In this document: positions 49,801-61,019 of the stretch, piece after piece
Numbering within the stretch: the stretch's first letter is position 1
How the letters are laid out: each line of letters starts with the position of its first letter
Origin: Oikopleura dioica
Taxonomy: Eukaryota; Animalia; Chordata
Reading direction: 5' to 3'
DNA: 64,000 nucleotides
Assembly: GCA_907165135.1 (NCBI GenBank)
Contig: OU015568.1
Span: forward strand, 248,001-312,000
Made by a program: the position numbers and the translations under genes
The notes under the pieces: generated by a model
Database searches by the model: none
Told to the model about the DNA's origin: nothing
The model's input: only the letters and a program-made list of their open reading frames with translations

Positions 49801-51041
49801 GATGTAATCGGCGGACCACTCGTAGGTGCCAACTTTGCACATCCAATCGCATTTTTTACATCCGCAGTGCCAATTTGCCGCGTTGCCATTGATGAAAACA
49901 GCAGTTCGGTATTGACCGTAGTGAGGAAGACGGTCAAACACCTCGCAGAAAATCTGAGTTGGATTGTGGTAGTGAGCTATGGGAATGCACTCGGCGACAG
50001 GGGACCAGGAGCCGGATTCTCTTGATTCAAGGAAGACCTTGATATCGCTGTTTCCTTCACGGCCTTCTTCTCCGAAAGAGTCCAGCTTTGATCCAAAGTT
50101 TTCTCCCTCGATCGTTAGCGTGAAGCCTCCGTTGATAGAGACATCCCCGTTCAGCACATCGTAGACAACCGGCCAGCCAGGAGTATCATTCCAGCCTGAT
50201 CCACGAGCCTTCGAAGACGATTCGCTCTGCTTTTGCGGTGGCTCCCGATAATCTGGATTCCGTCGTCCGGATTCGACTCGAGATCGCGGTCGGCTTTCTC
50301 CATTGAAACTTCGAGGAATCGGGTCGATTTCTGGTGCTTTGATTCGGAAAGAACAGGCATCAAGTTGGCATTCCTCATTATTCAAAAAGAGAGTGTGCCT
50401 TCCGTCGTCAAGCTTTGCTCGACAGACGATGTTGGTCGATGATTCCTCTTCGATCAAGCACGGCGTAAAATGTCCTCCATGACATTTGAACTGGAGATCG
50501 AGGTTTTCTTCGTCAGCAAAATTTCCGCCAAAACTGAATTTCAAATTTCAGTTTCATAATTTAAGGACCACCCCCGTCAACAATTTTCGAAAAATCTATT
50601 TTCGGAATTTTTAAATTTTGACCCCGGAAATGGATTCTTTAGGTCAAAAAACGATTTTGAGGCTGCATTTTTGGGGGTCTATCTGAGATAGACTATCTCG
50701 ACTCCTTCACCCTCGAAATTGCGCTTGAAAATTGGATTTTTGACGAAAAAAATTTTTATCAAAAATTATATTTCCAGAAGCCAAAATATGGCTGTTTTGA
50801 GATTTTCGATTTTTTGAGGAAAATTGTTGACGGGGGGGGGGGTGTCCTTAAATTTAATTTTATTCTTGTTAATTTTTCGAGAAAAGCTAATTTGGGTTCC
50901 TAATGTTGATAATACATAATTTATTTACCTGAAAATAGTGTTTCCAGCTTCATCACCGCCGACAGCCGAAGCCGACTTGACGGGATAGTCTGCCCTTGCT
51001 GCGCCAAGCAGCAGGGTCAGAATAAAGTCTCTCTTTTTCAT
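34852..51041 (-). CDS. PKHD1L1: Fibrocystin-L (PKHD1L1)-like giant protein, ~5,200 aa, six exons, with C-terminal cbEGF repeats and no TM
   Basis: Signal peptide MKKRDFILTLLLGAARA; many IPT/TIG repeats (ISPxxGSxxGGTxITIxGxGF); PA14-like segment; two G8 domains; beta-helix repeats; six DxDEC EGFs. Exons 51041-50929, 50533-35937, 35879-35576, 35529-35460, 35412-35173 and 35130-34852 sum to 15,603 nt, divisible by 3. Confidence 0.9.
50565..50847. mobile_element. Kolobok-like MITE (same family as 14406-14742) in intron 1 of the PKHD1L1-like gene
   Basis: TTAA|GGACCACCCCCGTCAACAATTTTC ... GAAAATTGTTGACGGGG...GTCC|TTAA. Confidence 0.9.
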
Positions 51042-51318
51042 TGCTGCGGGAGCATGAAAATGGATGATTCTCCTGACAAAAATCAGCGTTTTTATAAGCG
51101 AGATAGTCGGAGATGCAAATCACGCGACGGGAGAGCATGTTATCATCACCCGACCCGGGTTCGAGTGTTTTCCTGAAAATGAGAATGTCGAATTCGATGT
51201 AAGCGAATTCTGTCTAATTTTTAAAAGTCTGAAAACCAATGGTATAAGAGAGTCATTTTCCTGTATTGAATCGTCTCTTTTAGTTCAGATGTAAAAAGCA
51301 CAGTAAAATAAAATTTTC

Positions 51319-53330
51319 TTAAATTTCGTCTGAAGACAAGGAAGATTCAGCGAAGACCAGTTTTTCTCCTTCCAGCACTTTGCAGTTCGAGCCATTTTCG
51401 CGGTCTTCTTTCTTTTCCGTAAGTGCCCAGGAGCGAGTCTCCGCCGTTCCGAATGCGATGAAGATTCCAAGAGCAATGGTAAACACGCCCGCCGGTAACG
51501 CAAAAACCATGTCCCAGCTTTCCGGCTCTCCTAAAAACGATAGTTTGGACCAATTTTTAGCTTGCCTTGATTTTTCAAAACCTTGATTCTTGCCCGTGAG
51601 AAAAAATGCCATAATTCTGGGAGCAGCAAAACCAGCGAAATTGCCGATGAAATTCACAAACCCAAAAATGACCGAAGCATAATTTCCGGAAATATCAGCT
51701 GTCAGCGGTTTCAAGCCGATCGCTGAAGGAATTTTACAAAATGAAAAAAAGGAAAGCAAACTTGAGGCAGTGCTTGCGCAGACGACGAAAACAGCCAAGC
51801 AGAATTCGATCGTTTTTGCATCGCAGCCGAGAAAATTAACGAGAACAACACTTGGGAGGAAAATGATGCCCATTCCAGCAGTCCAAGTTTTTCTGACAAA
51901 AGTTGATGACATGATTTTTCTCATTCGGTCGGCTTTTTATCGATAACTTTAAAATTTCAGCTCACTCTTATGACTCATAAGTTATGAGTCTTAGACTAGA
52001 GCCATTTATATTTTGCTATCTTTCCTATAATCGCAATAGCCACATTGACGACCAAACAAGAAACCGAAATAATTCCAAAAAGAAAAGTGATTCTTTGAAT
52101 CGGCAATCCATGAACTCTCCTTAGATACGTTGGAGTATTATTCGTCGCGCTGTAGATGACATAGCTCATTGCAAACCAAATAAAGGAGATTATATACAGT
52201 TGAGGGTCGGAAATGATCGATTTTATCGGCATGTCTCGGAGTCTCAAAAGGGTTCGGAAAAATTTTCTCCTCTTTTGTCGCCTTTTCTTTGAACCCTTTC
52301 TTGGAGATTCAACCGCCGGAGGTCTCGAACTTTTGATCAAAATTTTCTCCTCTTCCGTCATTCTCGCTGAAATCTTGCAGCAATTCAAGCAGCTCAAGTT
52401 TTGAGGCCATTCTTTTTCTGGTATCGGGTCGACCATCAGCAGCCAGAGAAGGCCGACAAGAAACATCATCAAGCCAGACAGGTAAAAAGACAATTGCCAA
52501 TTAAAATGCTGAATAATCAGGCCAGTTCCGATGGCGCCGAAGCAATTTCCCAGCGTAACGCCAATCGATTGGATCGCGATGTTGATCGTGATTTCTTCTG
52601 GACAACCCCACCAGTACCAAGCGCCCTTTTTTGGCAAATAGATTTTCTTCATTGTTACTGTATTTACCTGTATGCTCGGCATAATGGGACCGGAAGTAAG
52701 GCCAAGTAAGATTCGTGAAAAAATTCCAGCTGCAAAAGAATAATCGACCAAAATCGGGAAAAAGAATGAAGCAAGTGCGTTTCCAAAGCATACAAATAGA
52801 ATTGTTGGGTGAAATCCGAATTTTTGCGCCACCAAAGCACCTTTTTTTCGATATTCAAAATGCTAGATTTTTCGAAAAAATTTCAACGAAATCTGGTTTT
52901 CAATATCATTCCTGGAAAAACAGCGGCGCAGTAGCCAATATAAAAAGCGCCCAACATGTAGCCATATTGAGCCGTCGTCCAATCGTACTTTTTTCTTTCG
53001 TTAAAGATATCTGAAGAATTCGGCGAAATTTCAGGACCGGAGATATCTTCTGAGGAGCAAACAGGGGTGAATTCTTCGGCTGGAGGATCGGTCATTACTG
53101 TGATGGTGAAGTTGAGATTTTGACGGGCGATGTAGTGGCCGGCTGTGACAATCATTGTCAGAAATGCTCAGAGTTGGATTTTTATAGATTTATTTTTCAT
53201 TGAGAAAATAATATATTTTTACATATTAAAATATTCAAAAAAAAAGATGTTTTATTTTTAATCCTTTCTCAAATTCGAGTCTCTTTCTTCCGATTTTCTC
53301 ATTTTTTACATTGTCTTGTTTCTTCATCTT
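51319..53330 (-). CDS. MFS transporter, SLC17 (sialin/anion:cation symporter) family
   Basis: RQNLNFTITVM, YDWTTAQYGYMLGAFYIGY, GALVAQKFG, SRILLGLTSG, ADISGNYASVIFGFVNFIGN, WDMVF. Has GA-AG (52911-52841) and GC-AG introns; the start is approximate. Confidence 0.88.
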
Positions 53331-53703
53331 TCTACTTTAACTCCACTACTGATAAGACGACTTGAATTATTTCACCGTTTCTGACTTTCAAAAATTCATC
53401 AATTTTATTCTAAATGTTCTTCATCTTTCCGTCTCAGACGTAAAATCAGCAACAAGTCATAGAACTAATAGAACTGACAATAGCCCCGATTTCAATAATA
53501 AGAACTGATTATTTACTGTCGCCAACGCCGAGTATTGAAAAGCTCCTTTGTTTCGTTCTAGAATCTGAAGCTACGCCCAAATTTGCGCAGACTGATCTGA
53601 TTGAGAAGATTTATTTGAGTATTTAGTAAGAAGAGGTGAATGAGGCGAAAAACTTTGCCTTTATATTTAAATCTCGTTCAAATGTCGCTCAGATCTTGCT
53701 TGA

Positions 53704-54078
53704 GGGGGTGGTGGTGGAGAATTATATAATGATTTTTAATTTTCTGCCTTAACTTACAGTTATTCAATGAAATAACATATTTTGTGGGACAATCTATTTC
53801 TATCGTCAAAATTACGTTTCAGGCAAATCGGCTTCAAAAACTGGCCAAAAATAGCCAAAAATCGGAAAATGTCGACTAAAAAATGGCTAAAAACGCGATT
53901 TTAGGTCGACTTTGACGCTCGATTTCGTCATTTTTTCCTTGAAATTTTTTTCTAAAACCAAGCCGCCCACATAATTTTAACCCTTTCTAACTTGTTAAGG
54001 TTGAGAACAAAAAAAATTTTTTTCGTAAAAATTGAGTTTTTTAGGTTGAAAAAATCCTAATTCTCGACCACCACCCCC
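53704..54078. mobile_element. Kolobok-like MITE, TIR GGGGGTGGTGGT(G/C)GAGAATTA
   Basis: 20/21 TIR match; flanks TTGA and TTAA. Confidence 0.8.
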
Positions 54079-54136
54079 TTAAACGTCAAAGATTAACATA
54101 ATGTTTGTTTGTATTTTATTGCAGAATCGAATGAGT

Positions 54137-54994
54137 TTAAAGGTCAGTCTCCTGCTCGACGAAGTCTCGGTAGTAGGCGACATCAGTGTAGACACCTGGG
54201 TATCCAGGGAGAGCGCAGCCCTGTCCCCAGGAAGTGGCACCAATGACGTGGTTGACTCCATCGATCATGAGGGTAACTGGTCCGCCGGAATCACCCTGGC
54301 AAGCGTCCTTGCCTCCAGTTGGCCATTCGCCGGCGCAGAACATGCCGGGAAGGATGGAACCGTTGTAGGCTTCTCGGGAGTTGCAGGTGGCGACATCGAC
54401 GATGCTGGTGTCGACGCAGTAGAGCTCGTTGGGGTAGTTGGTCTGTGGGTAAGCGATGTTGCCCCAGCCGCAGACTCGGACGCCCCATCCGTTTTGGAGC
54501 CATTCAGAAGTGGCCTTGGCGGGGATTGGGAGTGGGACAACGTAGGCAGTTGGTTCCATGGGAGTAGCCCATCCGACGATGGCGATGTCGTTGGCGATCA
54601 GGAGTGGTCGGTAGTCGGGGTTTCGGAGGAACTTGTTCAACTGCTTTCGCTGCTGAGTGGGCTCGCTGACGGCCTTGTTGTGGGCGCCGGCAAGAGCGGT
54701 GACGGTGGCGGGATCGTAGGTGCAGTGAGCAGCGCAGACACCGTAGCTCATGGAGACGAGGGTAGCGCCGCAGAAGTGAGAGCCGAATCGCTGCATGGAG
54801 AGGATGTAGGGCTCAGAGTTGGGCTCGACCTTGTCGCCACCAATGATCATGGTGGATCGGGCGCAGGCGGCGGCGATAACGGACGCGAAAACCTGAAAAA
54901 GAGATTTTTACTTTCAAGATTAATTTTAAAACAAGCCAAAAATAAATTTTCTTCTCGCATTTTTGTTCTCAATCTCTGATGCACTTACCTTCAT
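54137..54994 (-). CDS. Secreted trypsin (S1 protease with Asp189)
   Basis: MK|VFASVIAAACARSTM-IIGG, CAAHC, ANDIA, KDACQGDSGGP, PGVYT; one GT-AG intron; strong codon bias. Confidence 0.95.
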
Positions 54995-55399
54995 CTTGTA
55001 TTCCGAAGAAGTGAAATCATCAAGTGCCGGCACTTACAAACTTCCCAAGACAGATGCCCTTTTCCCACGAAATTTGGCATCAGAACAATTAATATTTCCT
55101 AATTTCTGAGTGCATGCGAAATAATTTTACGTCAAGTCTTCTTTCAAAAACAATAAGAACTCGATTTGTTTTCTCGATATTTGATGATCCCATTGATCCC
55201 ATGACGCGCCAAAAGGAAGTTAATGCTTGGGCACTTAGGCAACTTTAATTGCGCCATTTCATGATTGATTCTAGCCATTAACATCGGCAAAATTAAATGC
55301 TGCAGCTTTCGACCTCAAATTAAATCCGCTTCAAAGCCAGAGTTTTAACAATTTCTGTTTTCCATCTTTTCTTCATTGCACTTTCATAGATTTTATGAA

Positions 55400-56390
55400 A
55401 AAGAGACTTTTCGAAAAGAAGGTTGATGGCTTAGCATGTCAGTTGATTTCAGGAATGGATTGCCCTTTTCGAGGGAACTTGAGAACCTGACTCAGGTTTA
55501 CTCCACTGGCTGCTGAGCTCAGGCGGCCTGAGTCAGGCCTTCAGTCTTTTTTTTATCAATCCATAACAGTGGATGTGGCGATGGAAGCGGAGACGTCAGA
55601 TTAGACTCACTCAATTCGATTTTCGAAGTCGATTACTACGAATCTTTACCGTATCAAGAAGCTGAGAAATTTTGCCTGGTCATTGGAGGAAGTCTTCTTG
55701 AAAAGCACGCAAGGATCTTTCCGTTTGATCTTTGGCTTCCTAGAAAACAGGGACTTTGTTATAAATATCTGGCTTATGGTTCTGGAGAGATTTTAGGTGA
55801 TTGTACTGAAAGGTTTGGTTTAAAAATTCGGTTGAAATTATGAAAATATTTTAAAAGAAAAAAAACTTCAGTCATTTTCTTAAACCAAAAGCGTCAAATT
55901 CGCCTGCAAAAAGCAAAAATGCCATCTTCTTTCTTTCGAAGAAAAAGACGGTTTTTACGAAATCCTTTTCGACGAAAATTGCCGCGATCAATTTTTTAAT
56001 TTTGTGAAAAAAGAAGAATTTTTTATTCTCGACTCCAGAACCGGCAGCAGAACCCAGATAAAAGGTTTGTAGTAATTATGATCGATGATCGATCAAAATC
56101 TTTTAAGAGAGTTTAACGCGGTACTGGCCTGACGATCAGACCCAGCCTGTAAATATCATTGTGAAACATGAGATCAAGCTTGACGGCAGAAAATATAGGA
56201 AAGTCTTCACTCAACAGATTGGCGCGGCAACCTGTGTGAAAAACCTGAGGTCTGGAAAATGTTTGAGCAAAAGCCGCTACGGTTTAGATCCTGACTCAGG
56301 TTGCAGGTTGTTCACACAGGTTGCAGAGCTCAGTTCAACAATTTTCCCCAGTTTGAAGCTTCTTATCTAAAGACGACAAAAGTTTGATTG
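55400..56390 (+). CDS. Small C-type-lectin-like gene with MITE-A-containing introns
   Basis: LPYQEAEKFCLVIGGSL motif in the exon at ~55570-55750, then further exons at ~56039 and 56110-56220. Model approximate. Confidence 0.45.
56221..56330. mobile_element. MITE-A copy
   Basis: GGCGCGGCAACCTGTGTGAAAAACCTGAG ... CCTGACTCAGGTTG...TTCACACAGGTTGCAGAGCT|CAG. Confidence 0.8.
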
Positions 56391-56828
56391 ATGACTTTGC
56401 CATCAAATCGCAATCAAAGAAGAGAAAACGAAGATCATTTTCTCCAGCCCGCTCGTCATCTTCCACAAATTTATTTATTTCCAAAATTTATGTATTAATC
56501 GTTTTACCATTTATACTCAGCTTATTTATTCTTTAAAAATTCCTGCCAAGACAAATATATTCACAAAAACATGAATTAAAAAAACGCATATTTTGATGAA
56601 TTGACCAGTTTTGATGAATCACAAGTGCTCGAAAAAACCTTTCGCAAATCAGCAGTCGAGGAATCCTCTAGATTTCACCGAAGCCGGTCTCTTCGGAAAA
56701 GGAAATTCATTCACGCTCAGGATCGGAGAGAAGATTTTGCAGATAGTTTTTTTTTGTGATTTTTTCAGGAATAAGAATTCGAGAAATCTTTCTTTTTCAT
56801 TTTTCAATCAAAAAGTATTTTTTATTAA

Positions 56829-57575
56829 GGGACCTGGGCGAGCAGCGCTGAGCCAAACTTCACGCGCTCGCCGTTCTTCTTAGAAATAAGATTTTTTGAA
56901 ATTTCTTTTTGTAAATTATATCTCCAAATCTTCAGCTTTCTTTTCCGATTCTTAGTTTTTCTCTATCATTCTCGGTTGATGAGCTAGCGAGAAGAAGAGA
57001 AGCCCAACTTCAAAAGGCATCAAGTCTTGCAAACTAAATTTTTTCCTCATGAAACTAGCACCATTGAAAAGAGCGTTAAATTCTGAACAGATCCCACTCC
57101 ATCAGCTAAACTAAGTCCGTACTTATTGGCGTGTAAGGCCAGATTAAGAAAATTACTTAGCGCGCGCAGCTGGTCGCGGCGCGGCTGGACGCTCCGATTT
57201 AGCTATTTTGGGCTTCCTGGACATGATTCCCGCTGCGCGGGCGCTAAGTTATCTTGTTTGTCTGGCCTCTATCTCCAGTATGTACAGATTTAGTTTAGCT
57301 GATGGAGTGGGATCTGTTCAGAATTTAACGCTCTTTTCAATGGTGCTAGTTTCATGAGGAAAAAATTTAGTTTGCAAGACTTGATGCCTTTTGAAGTTGG
57401 GCTTCTCTTCTTCTCGCTAGCTCATCAACCGAGAATGATAGAGAAAAACTAAGAATCGGAAAAGAAAGCTGAAGATTTGGAGATATAATTTACAAAAAGA
57501 AATTTCATAAAATCTTATTTCTAAGAAGAACGGCGAGCGCGTGAAGTTTGGCTAAGCGCTGCTCGCCCAGGTCCC
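56829..57575. mobile_element. 747-bp foldback element with ~290-bp near-perfect arms, TTAA TSD, GG...CC termini (Kolobok-like)
   Basis: TTAA|GGGACCTGGGCGAGCAGCGCT... mirrors ...AGCGCTGCTCGCCCAGGTCCC|TTAA with only isolated mismatches. Confidence 0.95.
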
Positions 57576-57605
57576 TTAAAGAACTTTTAAAAAGTCTTAT
57601 TGAAG

Positions 57606-59009
57606 ATGGCGACAGAGTCAAAAATAGAGGAGTTAAAGAAGATTGTGGAAAAGCAGAAGACGAAAATAAATATTCAACGAATGCATCTTGATTCTTTGCA
57701 AAAGAAGCAGAAGAAAATAGAGAAAACGAAGGCTAAAAAGCAACTTGCAGAAAATGACCCATCAAAAGCGAAAATTGAAAAGCTTACGAGAATAATGGAA
57801 GAGCGGAAGACAAAAATTGAGAATCAAAGCAAAAGTAATAGCCTTCTTCAGAAGAAATACGACGAGCTGATGGAAAAATTAAAGAAGAAGGATTTGGAAA
57901 TTTCGGATCTGAACAACAAACTGCAATCTTACAAAGTGGATTCAAAAATGAAGACGGAAATGATCGGCAAAAATAAGGACGCGATAATTCGAGATCTCCG
58001 AAGTGCTCTCAAAGATGCAATGGAATCAAAAGGAGATCACCTGAATCACGTGGATCTTCTAAGTGAATCAAAGAAAAAAATCGTTAATCTGCAAAATCAG
58101 CTGAAGGAGAATTCAAGAGCGGCAAAGTACAAGGAAACGAATATTGAAGCGCAAAATGCAAGCCTCAAAAAAGAGATTCAGGATAGGCTCAACTTTTTCT
58201 TAAAGTTTCTAAGCCACAGATCATTCCCAAAGCCAAAGAATTACAGATTATTTCGAGTAAATTTTGTTGACCAAAAAGCTTAGAAATTGAACGAAGAGCA
58301 ACAACAAAAGTGCGTCCGCGAAGTTGAGTTGAAGAAACAACTTTTGGAAAGTCAAAATGAGGAAAAAATTTTGAAGACTCAACTGAACAATCAAAGAATG
58401 GACCTTCTTTCTTTACAGAAGAAATTCGAGCGACAGAAAGCGACGCTGATGATAAGTGAGGAAGCGGAGAAGTACAGAATGAAGCACAAGAGAAAAGAGA
58501 CGGAGATTGAAGCGGAAAATGCAATCTTGAAAAAAGGAGTTCAGGATAGGCTCATCTTTCTTTTAAGAAATCTTAGAAAGGAAAGTCATAAATTTTATGA
58601 CTGATAATATTTTACGGCAAAAAATATGCTGAGCAAAGATCAAAGATACTGAAAGAAAAGCAACAAGAACAGTCCGCCCTTGAAGAAGATTTGAAAAAGC
58701 AACTTTCGGAAAGTCAGAATGAAAAAGAAACTCTGAAGGCAAAGCTCGGAGAAAAGGAAAAGGAAGAAACTCAAAAGAAGGCCGAGTCGAAAGCGCGAAG
58801 AGTTCTGTCCTTCCAAAAACAAGAGCTCGTCGATCTTAAAAGTCAAGTGCAAGATCAGACTTCTGAAATCGATGAGCTGAAATTGAAGGTTCAAGAGCTG
58901 GAGTTGGAGAATGAAAAACTGACTGGTCTCGCTGGAAAAAGTGAAAGAAAGGTACTTTCCATCGCAATACTTCTTTTTGAACCGCCTCGCCATTTTAGTT
59001 GCGCATGAA
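57606..59009 (+). CDS. Lys/Glu-rich coiled-coil protein with an internal exon-intron tandem duplication
   Basis: ORFs 57600, 58287 and 58691 are K/E rich and share repeated units (QNASLKKEIQDR / ENAILKKGVQDR; LKKQLLESQNE / LKKQLSESQNE). Confidence 0.65.
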
Positions 59010-59189
59010 GATAATGAAGATTGCGAAGATTTGTGAAGAATGAACTTGAAAAATGCTGTTTTATGAACGCTGAAAATATAGATAGTGCGATTGAAACTAC
59101 AAAAATCAAAATTGAAAATTTTTCTTTTGAACTGGTTTTCAAATATGTCGGTCTGTGGATCAATAATTTATTTTCCTGATTGTCAGAAC

Positions 59190-60643
59190 TCAAACAAGTT
59201 TCGTTCCTTTCGGCAAGATATTCATAAGTTTGCAGATAATCTGAAGCATGATTTCGTCAGCGCCTCCTCCGATCGAAACCAATCTTCCGTCTCGATATTG
59301 CTGCGCAACTGGGTTTTCGAGAGTGAAGCCCATTCCTCCCCACATTTGAAGACATTTGTCGGAGACTTCTCGGATTAGTCGGCCGGTCTTGAGTTTTCCC
59401 ATCGAGGCTAGTTTTGTCGCGTCTTCGCCGTTGCAGTACATCGCAGTTACTCGGTACAAGAGAGCGCGGAGCATTTCTACTTCGGTCTAAAATCATATTT
59501 ATCGATCCGTCTCTTAGAAAAGTTGTACCTGTAACTCAGCGAGTTGGAAATGAATGTACTGATTGTCCAAGACCGATTTTCCGAAAACCTGTCTTTCCCT
59601 TGTGTAATCGATTGTGTCGTTGATGCAGGCTTCGATTCCAGCGATGGCAGAAGCCATTCCGAAGATTCGCTCCTGTTGGAATTGAATCATCTGGTACATG
59701 AATCCTGATCCTTCTTCTCCGATAATGTATTTCTTCGGAACTCGGACGTCTTCGAACCAGAGCTGGGCGGTGTCGGAAGACCACATTCCAATTTTTTCAA
59801 TTTTCTTTGCTCGAACGACGCCTGAAATAAAAAATAATCGAAATCAGAGCGAATAGAGCTCTCACCAGGAAGATCCATTGGCACGCAAATCAGCGACTTC
59901 GATTTGTGAACTGGTCCATCAGAAGTGTTTGCCAAGAGACAGATCCAATCAGCCTAAGAAAAGGTCAAAACGCAGGTTTTCTTCATCTGATTTACCTGGA
60001 GGCCGTTTGTGATCCACATTTTTTGGCCATTGATAATGTAATCGTCTCCATCGGACTTGGCTGTCGTCTTGATTTGAGCGACATCGGAGCCAGCGTGGAC
60101 TTCAGAAACACCCAAACATGCAACCTAAATGACACGCTAGCTAAATGCTTCCGTAGATTACAAATGTACCTTGTCTCCAGCAATAGAAGGTCTCAAAACT
60201 CTTCGCAGACCGTCTCACTACCAAATTTTCCAAGCGCCGGGGTAGCCATTTCGAATTGAACCCCGATCGACATTGGAATACCTCCGCATTTAATCTCCCC
60301 AAGAGTTTCAGAAACGGCAACAGTGTAGGAGTAGTCAAGTCCCATTCCGCCGTATTCTTCTGGATGAGAAGTGCCGAGGAAACCAGCTGAGCCGAGTTTT
60401 TTCATAACCTCGTGCGCTAGAAACGTAAGATAGATCATCTTGCTGATTTTTACCTGGGTATTGGCCCGCTTTTTCCCACTCTGGCACATTCGGGTTAATA
60501 TCCTGCTCGATTATCTTCCTGAGCGAATCCTGCATTTGCAAATGCTCGGGCCCGTAAATCTCTCCCCATGCTCCGACAGCCTCTGACTCGGCTCTCTTTG
60601 GCACTGAAACTCTAAGTGATCTGCCTAAAATAGACCTCAACAT
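59190..60643 (-). CDS. Mitochondrial-type acyl-CoA dehydrogenase (ACDH-6/AtuD-like subgroup)
   Basis: Arg/Ser presequence; [64 protein letters not shown]. Five GT-AG introns. Confidence 0.93.
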
Positions 60644-61019
60644 GGTTCTTATTTAAAAGTTCTGTTTTCGAGCGGTCGCTAAATTTTGCCCTGTCTTGTT
60701 GGTTTACTCTTTTCGAAAATGCAAATATTGAAAAAGCAAAGGTGGGTAGCTTATATAACAGAACTGATAGACGAACTTTCTACTGTAACAGTTATAACTT
60801 CTTACAGTAAAACACGATTTTTAATGAATTCGCTCGTGGGCTTTATTGTCAGGATAAATAGAAATAGCAATTTTTTTCTTCTGGACAACAACTTTTTTGG
60901 ACGAGGGAGTTTTTTCACGGAGGCAAAAAGCCTCTTGAACTTTCAAGTGAAAACGAATGAGTGTGAATGATCTGACAGAAAACACATAATGAAACTATTG
61001 CACCACGTTCTTGTCGTAT

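Noticed and set aside
35926-50544. Bacterial contaminant or horizontal transfer explanation for the giant intron-free ORF
   Set aside because: It is joined by in-frame spliceosomal introns to a signal-peptide exon and EGF exons, and has the animal fibrocystin-L domain order.
54101-54979. 292-aa plus-strand ORF
   Set aside because: Antisense shadow of the trypsin gene.
60644-61019. SPEN-ACAD and SLC17-PKHD1L1 as trans-spliced operons
   Set aside because: The genes are co-oriented but ~280-380 bp apart, and this cannot be shown without spliced-leader data.
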